DNA of 64,000 nucleotides from Patescibacteria group bacterium (GTDB lineage Bacteria > Patescibacteriota > Minisyncoccia > UBA6257 > 2-01-FULL-56-20), in contig JAGWKM010000001.1 in NCBI GenBank assembly GCA_028865305.1, positions 34,168 to 98,167 of the forward strand. The letters run 5' to 3'. Below are positions 1-8,962 of the stretch, one piece after another. The translations under genes and the position numbers were made by a program. Every line of letters starts with the position of its first letter. The stretch's first letter is position 1. A model generated the notes under the pieces. That model was not told the origin of the DNA and did not search any database. It saw only the letters and a program-made list of their open reading frames with translations.

Positions 1-2
1 GC

Positions 3-374
3 AATGTTTTGCGGGGCATGCATTTTCAATCGCCGCCGCATGAAACGGTGAAGTTGGTCAGATGTATTTCCGGCGAAATTTTCGACGTACTTGTGGATTT
101 GCGGCCTAATTCACCGACATTCAAGAAATGGGAAGGATTTGTGCTTTCTGGTGAAAATAAGAAAATGCTCTATGTGCCTGTTGGTTTCGCTCATGGTTTT
201 TACGTAACTGGCGAGGCGGCTGACGTAGTATATAAAGTCACCGATTATTATTACAAAGAATGCGATGCGGGATTTCGATGGAATGATCCCGAAATCGGAA
301 TCAGGTGGCCTGGTATGCAGCCAATCATTTCAGAGAAAGACAGCAACCTTCCTTTGTTTAAAGAAATTTTATAA
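3..374 (+). CDS. rfbC: dTDP-4-dehydrorhamnose 3,5-epimerase (5' truncated by window edge)
   Basis: LRGMHFQ, KLVRC..GEIFDV.VDLR, P.GFAHGF, YK.TDYY, WNDP.IGI.WP motifs. Confidence 0.95.
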   Translation, partial: NVLRGMHFQSPPHETVKLVRCISGEIFDVLVDLRPNSPTFKKWEGFVLSGENKKMLYVPVGFAHGFYVTGEAADVVYKVTDYYYKECDAGFRWNDPEIGIRWPGMQPIISEKDSNLPLFKEIL

Positions 375-971
375 TTCCTTTACGGCCAACAGTCGAAACG
401 CCGTGCGCGGCATAAGATATGACAGCGGATAAGACAATTTATAAAGCATTTGCCATATCTTGCCTTCCTTGTTCCGCCACCATTTGAACCCTTCGAGCCC
501 GCGCACTTGATAGCCCATTTTTTTTAAATCGGAAACAGTCCAACCAGATTTATGTATCTGCAGGTGATCGAGTTGCGGGTCGCTCCGGCGATGGCATTCA
601 AGCGTTGGTACAAATCCGTTCGGCGTCGCCACGATGATTTTTTTCTCCGCCCAACGCTCTAAATTATTCAAAAAACGCAGAGCATCCGGACGTTCAAGGT
701 GTTCTACAACGTCGAACGCTATCACGGCGTCGTACGATTTTTCTGGCAAGTCAGCCGTCAGGAGGTTGGCGCAGATATACTCGTCATGGATGCCCTTTTG
801 CCGACTCTCTTCAAGATAAGGCTCATACGCGTCGAGTCCCGTCGAATGGAAATCGCCCGGAATGCGCTCAATGATCGAGGAATTTCCACAACCCACATCA
901 AGGACTGTTTTGCAGCCCGCAAGTTCTCTGGCGAGTTTCTTGTAGTAGAGTTTTTTGAGAAAAGCGATCAT
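369..971 (-). CDS. class I SAM-dependent methyltransferase (glycan-cluster type)
   Basis: VLDVGCG motif I, DVVEHL, TPNG; start placed at ATGA overlap with upstream gene. Confidence 0.85.
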   Translation of the reverse strand: MIAFLKKLYYKKLARELAGCKTVLDVGCGNSSIIERIPGDFHSTGLDAYEPYLEESRQKGIHDEYICANLLTADLPEKSYDAVIAFDVVEHLERPDALRFLNNLERWAEKKIIVATPNGFVPTLECHRRSDPQLDHLQIHKSGWTVSDLKKMGYQVRGLEGFKWWRNKEGKIWQMLYKLSYPLSYLMPRTAFRLLAVKEL

Positions 972-1948
972 ATCCTCATCCATCCTTCCGGGATCATGTC
1001 CTGCGTTTCTATGGTTTTATCCTTGAACATTTCATCCGGCGCGATGACAATTTTTCCGAGCCCCTCGACCCCCCTCGACTCCGCTCGGGGCAAGTTGCTC
1101 GGGGCAAGCCATGCGGCCCACCAGGAGAAGGTGCTTTCAGGGATGATGAAATGCTTGCAAAGCGACATGAGCTGGAGATGGCCGCCGTCCTGGATGCCTT
1201 TGTGCTCGTCGCCGACGAAGGTGAGCGGCGCATCGAACTTCATGTTCGTCCGGCACCATTCGATATCGTCGGAAAAAACATAAATTCCGATGTCCTTGCC
1301 GGCCCTCTCTTTTATTATAGCCACCGCTTTTTCATAATAGCTCATTGGGATGACGAGATGCGTTTTTTGTGAGGCGGGATTCCAGACATTGTCGCCGCGG
1401 CGCACATGGAGGCAGACTGAATTTGATTCGGCGATTTCCTTTCCGAGCCGCGCCGAATCGTCTTCAAGCGGGTGGCGGAACGTGAAATCTTTACGGATGG
1501 TATCGGCGTAATCCTTGAAATATTTTTCTGACCGGAAATAGCCCTCAAGGTAGACGTTTCCTTTCAGGTTGAAATAAGCCGGATCAAAACGCATTCCCTT
1601 CTCTTTTATATATTTCCAAACGCCGAGCTTTCCGAATACGCGCGGATAATACTTATTGACAATAGTCGCAACATACGGAATTTTTACCACGCTTTCAATC
1701 CGCGCAACCCAATTAAACGCCGGATTGATTGCGAAAACATCAGCCAGGCCGTAGCTGCGGTACTTCACGTCTTTCCGCCAGGTCTTGTCGTATTTCTTGC
1801 GATAGCGGTCCGGTTCACGCGGCGTGATGTCGTAGAGCGAAGAAGGGTCGACCCGTAAAGAATCGTGGTTTTTAAGGGAAAGCGCCCGCGCAAAGGCGTA
1901 TTCGAACATTTGGTTGCCCAATCCGCCGTGGATTTTGACCGTGATCAT
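968..1948 (-). CDS. GT11 alpha-1,2-fucosyltransferase-family glycosyltransferase
   Basis: GGLGNQMF, HVRRGD, FSDDIEWC, STFSWWAAWL motifs. Confidence 0.92.
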   Translation of the reverse strand: MITVKIHGGLGNQMFEYAFARALSLKNHDSLRVDPSSLYDITPREPDRYRKKYDKTWRKDVKYRSYGLADVFAINPAFNWVARIESVVKIPYVATIVNKYYPRVFGKLGVWKYIKEKGMRFDPAYFNLKGNVYLEGYFRSEKYFKDYADTIRKDFTFRHPLEDDSARLGKEIAESNSVCLHVRRGDNVWNPASQKTHLVIPMSYYEKAVAIIKERAGKDIGIYVFSDDIEWCRTNMKFDAPLTFVGDEHKGIQDGGHLQLMSLCKHFIIPESTFSWWAAWLAPSNLPRAESRGVEGLGKIVIAPDEMFKDKTIETQDMIPEGWMRI

Positions 1949-1988
1949 AGCTATCAGGATACAAAAAAAGCTGCCTCTTGCGAAGCAG

Positions 1989-3386
1989 CTAGCTGTTTAA
2001 CTCGTCGAGCAGAGTGCCGCACCCGTCGCAGGCGGCAGTGTGTTCTTTGAGCCATACCGACTCTTGGTCGGCGATGCGTTTTCCGCGAATTCGCTCGTTG
2101 ATCAGATGGCGGGCGCGCAAGCACCGATTTTTTTTGACGATCCTCCAGCAGTCGATAATGGTTTTGCCGCCAAGCATCGCGGGATCAATGTTCGCAAGTT
2201 CCGGATATGGATTTGCTACCACGATCACGCTTGCCTTCTTCAGGCACTCCTCAAGGGAAGAAGCGAATGAAACGGCGCCGTCCAAAATCTTCTTTGCGGA
2301 TTTCTCCGCGAGCGGATCATAGGCGATGACGGGAATTCTGTTCGCCGCAAGCATTTGCGCCAGTCGCGTTCCCATGGCTTCTTCGACCACGTCGGTGTCC
2401 AACTTGTAGGCGAGGCCGATTACGCCGACTGAGTGGCTGCGCGTCGGCAAACACTCCTCAATCTCCCAGTAGAGATTTTGGATGAGCTGGGTGTTGGTGC
2501 GGTCGGTCGCTTGCGGAAGGAAGGTCTCCATATGCAGCCGTTCAGCAGCTCGCGCAAGCGCCCGGTTGTCCCTCGGAAAGCAAGGGCCGCCGTAGCTGCC
2601 GCCGGCCTTCAGGTATTTCGAGCCGACGCGCGAATCACTGCCGATGATCTTCGTGACATTATCGACGTTGATGCCGAGTTTGTCCGAAAGCATGCCGAGC
2701 ATGTTCGCGAACGAGATCTTCGTCGTAATGAACGTGTTCAGCGCGATTTTCGCGAGTTCCGCTTCGGCCAGGCCGACGCGATGGATGGCCGGTTTTTGGC
2801 CGACTACGGCGCGGTAGAACATTTCAAGGTCCTGCCCGCTCCGTTTGTCGCTTTCGCCGATCATGACGAGATCGGGATTCAGGAAATTGCGGATGACGCT
2901 GCCGAGCGCGATCAACGCCGGACTGTAACAGTATCCGAAATCGATGCCTGCCCGCTTGCCCGAAAATGCTTCGAGTATCGGGATGATTTCGTCCTCTGAT
3001 GATTCCGGCATTATGGTGCTCACGACGGCAACGATGTGAAATTCCTTCTTGGCCCTCAGTGCCATCCCGATCTTTTCGCAAGCATCCACGACGAACTTAT
3101 TGCTGAAGCTGCCGTCCGGATTGCTTGGGGTTGGTACGACTATGAAAGAGGCGTCGCTTTTCATGACGGCCTCTTCCCAATCGGACGTCGCCGAGATAAC
3201 CCAGTGGTATTGGTCGATATATTTTTGCAGGTCGGTTTCCTGAACCGGCGCCCTGCCTTCTTGGAGGGCTTTCACATATTCGGAATTAATGTCGAGGCCA
3301 ATGGTCGGAATGCCGTGCGAAGCAAAACTGGCAACGAGCGGCGATCCAAGTTTTCCAAGGCCTATAACCGAAGCGCGTTTGATCAT
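1989..3386 (-). CDS. UDP-glucose/GDP-mannose dehydrogenase family protein
   Basis: GLGKLG Rossmann, VPTP, AELAK, GGSYGGPCFPRD catalytic Cys, GLAYK. Confidence 0.93.
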   Translation of the reverse strand: MIKRASVIGLGKLGSPLVASFASHGIPTIGLDINSEYVKALQEGRAPVQETDLQKYIDQYHWVISATSDWEEAVMKSDASFIVVPTPSNPDGSFSNKFVVDACEKIGMALRAKKEFHIVAVVSTIMPESSEDEIIPILEAFSGKRAGIDFGYCYSPALIALGSVIRNFLNPDLVMIGESDKRSGQDLEMFYRAVVGQKPAIHRVGLAEAELAKIALNTFITTKISFANMLGMLSDKLGINVDNVTKIIGSDSRVGSKYLKAGGSYGGPCFPRDNRALARAAERLHMETFLPQATDRTNTQLIQNLYWEIEECLPTRSHSVGVIGLAYKLDTDVVEEAMGTRLAQMLAANRIPVIAYDPLAEKSAKKILDGAVSFASSLEECLKKASVIVVANPYPELANIDPAMLGGKTIIDCWRIVKKNRCLRARHLINERIRGKRIADQESVWLKEHTAACDGCGTLLDELNS

Positions 3387-3417
3387 CTTTTTCCTCCCAA
3401 AAAGAGCTAGGTTTTTC

Positions 3418-4407
3418 CTAGCCCGTTACTGCGGTCGTTGCGATCTGCTTCGTTATCCACTCGTAGGTGCGCGCCATGCCGTTGTAAAGGCTGGCTGACG
3501 GCGTCCAACCGAGTTTCTCCTTGATGAGTGCGTTGTGGGAATTTCTGCCGCGGACGCCGAGAGGTCCCGGAACGTGCCTGATCGAAAGTTTCTTACCGGC
3601 GATCTTCATGGCCATCCGCGCCAGTTGGTTGATGCTTACCATTTCCTCCGAGCCGATGTTCACCGGTCCGGAAAAATCGGACTGCATCAGTCGCCGAACA
3701 CCTTCAAGGCATTCATCGATGTAAAGAAACGAACGGGTCTGTTTTCCGTCGCCCCAAATCTCGATCGTTCCGTCGTCGACGGCTTCCGCAACCTTCCGGC
3801 AAATCGCCGCAGGCGCCTTTTCCCGTCCGCCGGTCCACGTACCTTCCGGTCCGAAAATGTTATGGAACCGCGCGATGTGGACTTTAATCCCGTAATTCCG
3901 GGCAAAAGAGAAATAGAGCCGTTCGCTGAACAGTTTCTCCCAGCCGTATTCGCTGTCGGGAGCCGCCGGATAGGCCAGATGTTCGGCCAGTCCAGGGTTT
4001 GCCGGATCTTGTTGAATGTGTTCTGGATAGACGCAGGCCGAGGAAGAGTAGAAAATCTTTTTCAGATTCCCGCTCTTTTGGCCGTAGTGGAGGATGTTCA
4101 GGTTGATCGTTGCCGAATTGTGCATGACTTCGGCATCGTGTTCGCCGGTGAAGATGTATCCCGCGCCGCCCATGTCGGCGGCGAGCTGATACGCCTCATC
4201 ATAGCTATCGGAAAAAAGGTCTGACACGATCAGTTGGTTGCGCAAATCCTCTTTCCAGAAATCATCTGCCGCGGTCGGAGCGAATTCGGGATATTTAAGG
4301 TCGATGCCCCGCACCCAATATCCCTCTTGCTTTAGGCGTTTTACGAGATGCGAGCCGATAAAACCACCGGCACCGCATACCAGTGCTTTTAATTTGTTAA
4401 GTCCCAT
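3418..4407 (-). CDS. GDP-mannose 3,5-epimerase-like NAD-dependent epimerase
   Basis: GAGGFIG, AADMGG, SSSACVYPE, YGWEK, GGREKAPAA.CRK, GVRGRNS motifs of the GME family. Confidence 0.88.
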   Translation of the reverse strand: MGLNKLKALVCGAGGFIGSHLVKRLKQEGYWVRGIDLKYPEFAPTAADDFWKEDLRNQLIVSDLFSDSYDEAYQLAADMGGAGYIFTGEHDAEVMHNSATINLNILHYGQKSGNLKKIFYSSSACVYPEHIQQDPANPGLAEHLAYPAAPDSEYGWEKLFSERLYFSFARNYGIKVHIARFHNIFGPEGTWTGGREKAPAAICRKVAEAVDDGTIEIWGDGKQTRSFLYIDECLEGVRRLMQSDFSGPVNIGSEEMVSINQLARMAMKIAGKKLSIRHVPGPLGVRGRNSHNALIKEKLGWTPSASLYNGMARTYEWITKQIATTAVTG

Positions 4408-4449
4408 GGCTGCCTACAGTTTTGGGCAGCAGGGCTGAAAAGTCAAGAT

Positions 4450-5439
4450 TCAGAACATCCGTTCTTGGATATTTTTCGGTTTTTCGGGATTTGATTTTTT
4501 CTTAGTCGCTCCAGTTCCATTCTCCATTCTCCCTTCTCTATTCTCCTCATTTTTCTCCATTCTCTTCAGCAGCGTCGCGAATCCTTTCTTCTGGAAATAA
4601 TCTATGGTTTCGAGGGGGATTGCTTCGGGGGTTGCGAGACCCTCGAGCGGGGGAATTTCGATGGGAACATGTTTTTCGAGGAGGACGAGTTCTTTTGAGA
4701 GCTCGGCTTCCTTTTTGAATGGCGCGAGGCGGGATTGGACGTTTGCGGGCTCGCCGGGGAGTTTGGCGTAAAGGTTTTCTATGGTGCCGAATTTTTCGAT
4801 GAGTTCGAGCGCGCGCTTGGGGCCGATGCCGGGGACGCCCTTGATATTGTCTGACGAGTCGCCGACAAGGGCTTTATAGTCGATCAACTGCTTTGGCTTC
4901 AGGGAATATTTTTCAAAAACGGCTGCTTCGTCGTAGGTCGTCGTGTCGCTGATGCCCTTGTTGAACGTGCGGACATAAATTTTTTCGTCTTCGACGAGCT
5001 GCAAGGTGTCGCGATCCCCGGTCAGAATAATTATTTTGAGTTCCTTTCCTTGTTCCTTGTTCCTTGTTCCTTGTTCCTTAAAACACTCCGCGAACGTCGC
5101 AATCAAATCATCCGCTTCGAAACCGGCCATTTCGAACGTTTTGACGCCGAATGTTTGGAAAAGATTTTTTGCTTCCTTCAGCTGTATGACCAATGCATCG
5201 GCGGTCGCGGGCCGCTGAGCTTTATATGCCGCGTATTTTTTGTCGCGGAAGGTGGGCTCGGGCCGGTCGAAAAGCGCGGCGGCGTAATCGGGCCGGTCTT
5301 CGCGCCAGAGTTTGAGAAGGATGCTCGCGAGGCCGTAGATCGCGCCCGTGGGTTCTCCGGCAGGATCGGTGAACGGCGGCAGGGCGTGGAACGAGCGGTG
5401 GATGATGGAATTGGCGTCGATGAGGAGCAGGGTTTTCAT
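4450..5439 (-). CDS. stand-alone 5'-3' exonuclease/flap endonuclease (PolA N-terminal domain only)
   Basis: LIDANS, YKAQR, EADD, TGDRD, GDSSDNIKGVPGIGPK; no polymerase domain follows. Confidence 0.92.
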   Translation of the reverse strand: MKTLLLIDANSIIHRSFHALPPFTDPAGEPTGAIYGLASILLKLWREDRPDYAAALFDRPEPTFRDKKYAAYKAQRPATADALVIQLKEAKNLFQTFGVKTFEMAGFEADDLIATFAECFKEQGTRNKEQGKELKIIILTGDRDTLQLVEDEKIYVRTFNKGISDTTTYDEAAVFEKYSLKPKQLIDYKALVGDSSDNIKGVPGIGPKRALELIEKFGTIENLYAKLPGEPANVQSRLAPFKKEAELSKELVLLEKHVPIEIPPLEGLATPEAIPLETIDYFQKKGFATLLKRMEKNEENREGRMENGTGATKKKSNPEKPKNIQERMF

Positions 5440-5523
5440 GGAATTTATCATACGTTTACTTGACTTATTTTTCAAAAAAATTACCATTTCCTTTGGCACA
5501 TTCAGCTTTTTCAGGAGGAAGCT

Positions 5524-5883
5524 TTGTCTTTGAGGGAACTGCCGTTGGTATTAATTGCAAGCCACCTTGAGCCTGCCTGGTCCGATAAAAGGGTGATCAT
5601 ATTGGCGCAGGTTTGGGACAAGGAACGGAGGGATTCGGTTCTCGTGCTCCGGGGTACGGTGCGCGGCGATTCGGATGACAATCTTTTGGCTTTGCAGAAC
5701 GAGGTGAAGCCGCACCGTTACCGGATTTTTTACCGGGGGCACGGTGAAATCAAAACTTTTGATGCCGAGGAGCGGCGGCTCGTAATACAAAGCCGGTATC
5801 CGGCCGTGAGGGAGCACGCCCTGCCTCTCTTAAGGCGGGCATATCCCCGGTTTGAGATCAGATTAATGCATGGCCATCCGTAA
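5524..5883 (+). CDS. hypothetical protein
   Basis: 119-aa ORF, AGGAGG upstream of TTG, followed by hairpin plus T-run. Confidence 0.6.
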   Translation: MSLRELPLVLIASHLEPAWSDKRVIILAQVWDKERRDSVLVLRGTVRGDSDDNLLALQNEVKPHRYRIFYRGHGEIKTFDAEERRLVIQSRYPAVREHALPLLRRAYPRFEIRLMHGHP

Positions 5884-5891
5884 GCCGGATT

Positions 5892-5918
5892 TGGCCGGTC
5901 GAAAGACCGGCTTTTTTA
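5892..5918 (+). terminator. intrinsic terminator
   Basis: GCCGGTC-GAAA-GACCGGC then TTTTTT. Confidence 0.7.
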
Positions 5919-5934
5919 TCACTTTCCAAACTTA

Positions 5935-6060
5935 AAACCGCACCCATAAGGGTGCGGATGAAGTTTTGTCCCACCGGCGCTTTGGCCGGTGGGACGCCGC
6001 CCCTCCGGGGCGGCGAAGAGGGAGAAGATACCCCGTCCGTGAGGGCGGGGTATCTTCATT
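5935..6060. repeat. cluster of four GC-rich hairpins, last one resembling IS200/IS605-type end
   Basis: CCGCACCC/GGGTGCGG, GTCCCACCGG/CCGGTGGGAC, CGCCGCCCC/GGGGCGGCG, GAAGATACCCCG..CGGGGTATCTTC. Confidence 0.6.
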
Positions 6061-6547
6061 TCATCGCTATCCTGCGTTCGTTCTCTTTTTTGCCGTGCGT
6101 GAATTTCAGCCAAATGGTTCCTTTCGGCAAAATTTTCCTGATCCGCTCCGGCCATTCGATGAGAATAAGATTTTCCGGGTTGGAGAGAATAAGTTTGAAT
6201 TCCAGTGCTTCCAGGTTTTCGGCTTTTTTCAACCGGTAAGCGTCAAAGTGGTAAAGGTTTTTAAAGTGCGGCCCCGTTCTCCGTTCTCCATTCTCCATTC
6301 TCCGTCTTCGGCTGATTTCATATCTTCGCATGATAATGAAGGTCGGGCTTACGGCGCGGCGCTTGATGCCAAAGCCGCGGAGGAACCCCTGGGTAAAGGT
6401 GGTTTTCCCGGCGCCGAGGTCGCCCTGGAGCGCGATGACAGTGGCGCCCGAAATTGCCAATGGCCGATTGCGAATGGCTAATTCGCGCGCCAGTTCCTCG
6501 CCTAATTTCTGCGTTTCTTCGGCGGAACGGGTTTTGTTGGTTTTCAT
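6056..6547 (-). CDS. tsaE: tRNA threonylcarbamoyladenosine biosynthesis ATPase TsaE
   Basis: GDLGAGKTT, SPTF, HFDAYRL, IEWPE; contains two heptamer-derived insertions. Confidence 0.95.
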   Translation of the reverse strand: MKTNKTRSAEETQKLGEELARELAIRNRPLAISGATVIALQGDLGAGKTTFTQGFLRGFGIKRRAVSPTFIIMRRYEISRRRRMENGERRTGPHFKNLYHFDAYRLKKAENLEALEFKLILSNPENLILIEWPERIRKILPKGTIWLKFTHGKKENERRIAMK

Positions 6548-6554
6548 AATAATT

Positions 6555-6838
6555 GTCATTCCGGCCACCGAGCCTGCCTGCCGGCAGGCAGACCGGAATT
6601 CAGTTTTAGAATATCTAATGTCTAATTAATAATTAATAACGAATGTCCAATATTAAATTTCCAACGGACATCCGGACATTATCCATTCGTTATTAATTAG
6701 ATATTATTAATTAGACATTGTCCCAATAATGCATTCGTTATTAATTAGTCATTATTAATTAGAAATTTCTCAAACTCTGGATCTCGGGTCTTGCTGTCGT
6801 CGAGCTATAATTGGGCGCAGCAATCCTGGGGCGGCAGA
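6555..6838. repeat. nested repeat complex: GTCATTCCGG REP-like palindrome, CCTGCCTGCCGGCAGGCAG palindrome, inverted AT-rich heptamer arrays
   Basis: direct inspection; TCTAATTAATAA..AACGAATG versus two copies of CATTCGTTATTAATTAG. Confidence 0.75.
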
Positions 6839-6841
6839 AAA

Positions 6842-7840
6842 TTACAACAGCTCTTCTTTTCCTTTTATCTTCAAATGCCGGTACGCCGCGGGCAAAACGA
6901 TGCGGCCGGCGGATGAGCGCTGGAGGAAGCCGAGCGTCATTAAATATGGCTCATAAATATCTTCGATGACGCCGCGATCTTCGGAAAGCGCTGCGGCGAG
7001 GGTATTCACGCCGACGGGGCCGCCGTTGAATTTTTCAATTATGGTCATCAAAAGCCGCCGATCCTGCGGTTCGAGGCCGGCCTCATCCATATCGAGCATT
7101 TCCAAGGTTTTCCGCGCCGCTTCGGCGTCGACGGTTTCCGCGCCATGGACTTCGGCGAAATCGCGCGCGCGTTTCAGCAAGCGGTTCGCGATGCGCGGCG
7201 TGCCGCGGGAAGCGCGGGCGAGGATCGCGATGGCTTCGGGTGCGACCGTGACGCCAAGGATCCGCGCCGATCGGTCGATGATTTTCTTGATGTCTTCCGC
7301 ATCGTAATATCCCAACCGCAGTGTGGCGCCGAACCGGGAGCGCAGCGGATTTGAAAGCAGGTTCTCGCGCGTAGTGGCGGCGACGAGCGTAAAGGGCGGC
7401 AGGTCCAGGCTGAGCGTTCGGGCGCTTGGTCCCTTGCCGACCACCAAGTGCAGTTTTCGCGATTCCATTGCCGGGTAGAGCACTTCTTCAATCATCGGAT
7501 TGATGCGGTGCGCCTCGTCGATGAACAGGATTTCGCCGGGATTCAGGTTGGTCAAGACCGCCGCGAGGTCGCCGGCCTTTTCGAGTGCCGGGCCGGAAGT
7601 CGTTTTTACCATGCCGCCAAGTTCGCGGGCGACCAAATAGGCGAGCGTTGTCTTGCCGAGCCCCGCCGGGCCGGAAAACAGAAGGTGGTCGGCGCTTTCG
7701 CCGCGCTTTTTCGCCGCTTCAAGAATAATCTTCAAATTTCCCTTTATTTTTTCCTGGCCGACGTATTCGTCCCAGGTCGTGGGGCGGAGCGTGAGGTCGA
7801 TAGCGCGGTCGTCTTTGGATTGGTTTGATGGTTTGTTCAT
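6842..7840 (-). CDS. ruvB: Holliday junction branch migration helicase RuvB
   Basis: LRP, GPAGLGKTTLA, FIDEAHR, RGTPRIANRLL, YEPYL. Confidence 0.98.
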   Translation of the reverse strand: MNKPSNQSKDDRAIDLTLRPTTWDEYVGQEKIKGNLKIILEAAKKRGESADHLLFSGPAGLGKTTLAYLVARELGGMVKTTSGPALEKAGDLAAVLTNLNPGEILFIDEAHRINPMIEEVLYPAMESRKLHLVVGKGPSARTLSLDLPPFTLVAATTRENLLSNPLRSRFGATLRLGYYDAEDIKKIIDRSARILGVTVAPEAIAILARASRGTPRIANRLLKRARDFAEVHGAETVDAEAARKTLEMLDMDEAGLEPQDRRLLMTIIEKFNGGPVGVNTLAAALSEDRGVIEDIYEPYLMTLGFLQRSSAGRIVLPAAYRHLKIKGKEELL

Positions 7841-7857
7841 GGATTTCCCGGGAATAT

Positions 7858-7971
7858 AACCTACTTATTTACGAAATGTACGAAATTACGAATATACCAA
7901 TAGAATTCCTTAACCGCTCAAGGGAGATTAGTGCATTCGTAATTTCGTATTATTCGTAAATTGGCAGGTTT
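7858..7971. repeat. inverted 8-9-nt tandem arrays (ACGAAAT / ATTTCGT)
   Basis: ACGAAATGT ACGAAATT ACGAATAT ... ATTCGT AATTTCGT ATTATTCGT. Confidence 0.7.
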
Positions 7972-7990
7972 TGGGGCCTGCGACCGCCAC

Positions 7991-8019
7991 TTGACAAACA
8001 GAAATTGCCATGCTAGAAT
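7991..8019 (+). promoter_or_regulatory. near-consensus sigma70 promoter
   Basis: TTGACA-17 nt-TAGAAT with extended -10 TG. Confidence 0.8.
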
Positions 8020-8025
8020 GCACCT

Positions 8026-8208
8026 TGGAATGCTTGGATATCGAGAAAGCTCGTTCAAATCTGGGGGCGGGAATATTTTCTAATATTTTCAGGACGGCTT
8101 GGTTCCGGCTGGGCCTATCCTTTGAAATATTCTAACCTCTTTCAATTTTATTGAAAGAGCCGCAATCCTCTCCCGAGGAATTGCCCCCAGGTTTGAGCGA
8201 GTTTTTTA
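8026..8208 (+). ncRNA. candidate structured non-coding RNA, family unknown
   Basis: promoter upstream, ~22-bp closing stem 8046-8068/8183-8205, three internal hairpins, terminal T-run, no substantial ORF. Confidence 0.55.
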
Positions 8209-8317
8209 TTTGAACCCGTTCTTGGGTTAATAGGTTATTTATGGTTATCGATAGGCTTTCTTTCTTAATAACAGATTACTTCATAACTATCAATAACCAA
8301 TAACTATTGATAACGGT

Positions 8318-8853
8318 TTATTTATCCATCCGGAATCCGATCGGATTCTTTTTCTCTTCCGGTTCCAGCGGCGGTTCAAAGAGTTCTTTCAGGATCGTCG
8401 AAATTTTCTTTATACTGATCCGATGCGAGACGGTTTGTTTTTCGAGGTTTCGAACTTTTTTCGCCAGTTCTTGATGAGTTACAAGAACCTGCCGGAGCCG
8501 GACAAAAGTTCGCATGATAGCGATATTCACGGTAATAGCACGCTTGCTATTTAAGACAGTTGAAAGCATTGCGACACCCTGTTCCGTAAAAACATAGGGA
8601 AGGGTGCGTCTGCCGCCACGACCAGTCGGTTTTGACATTCCAATTTGGAATGTCAAAGATTCAACTTCTTCGTCGGTAAGTTGGAACATAAAATCGACGG
8701 GAAACCGTTCGCTATTGCGTTTGCCTGCTTTATTGAGGTAAAAGTTTCAACTTGATACAACTCCGCCAAATGGCTGTCGAGCATGATTTTCTGTCCACGG
8801 ATTATAAAAATGCGCCTCTCAATCGTTTCGATGGGAATGAGAGATATTTTCAT
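8318..8853 (-). pseudogene. ORF6N domain DNA-binding protein, frameshifted
   Basis: IERRIFIIRGQKIMLD.HLAELYQVET continues as YLNKAGKRNSERFPVDFMFQLT in the other frame; one T missing in the run at ~8740-8743. Confidence 0.85.
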
Positions 8854-8962
8854 GGTCTTTACTTTAGAAGTTCAGTTTTATGATACAAGTTTTATTTAAT
8901 GATTTTTTAATAAGAAACCGGAGCTCTGCGAGCTCCGGCTATTTTTTCCGCACGGCGGCGGG

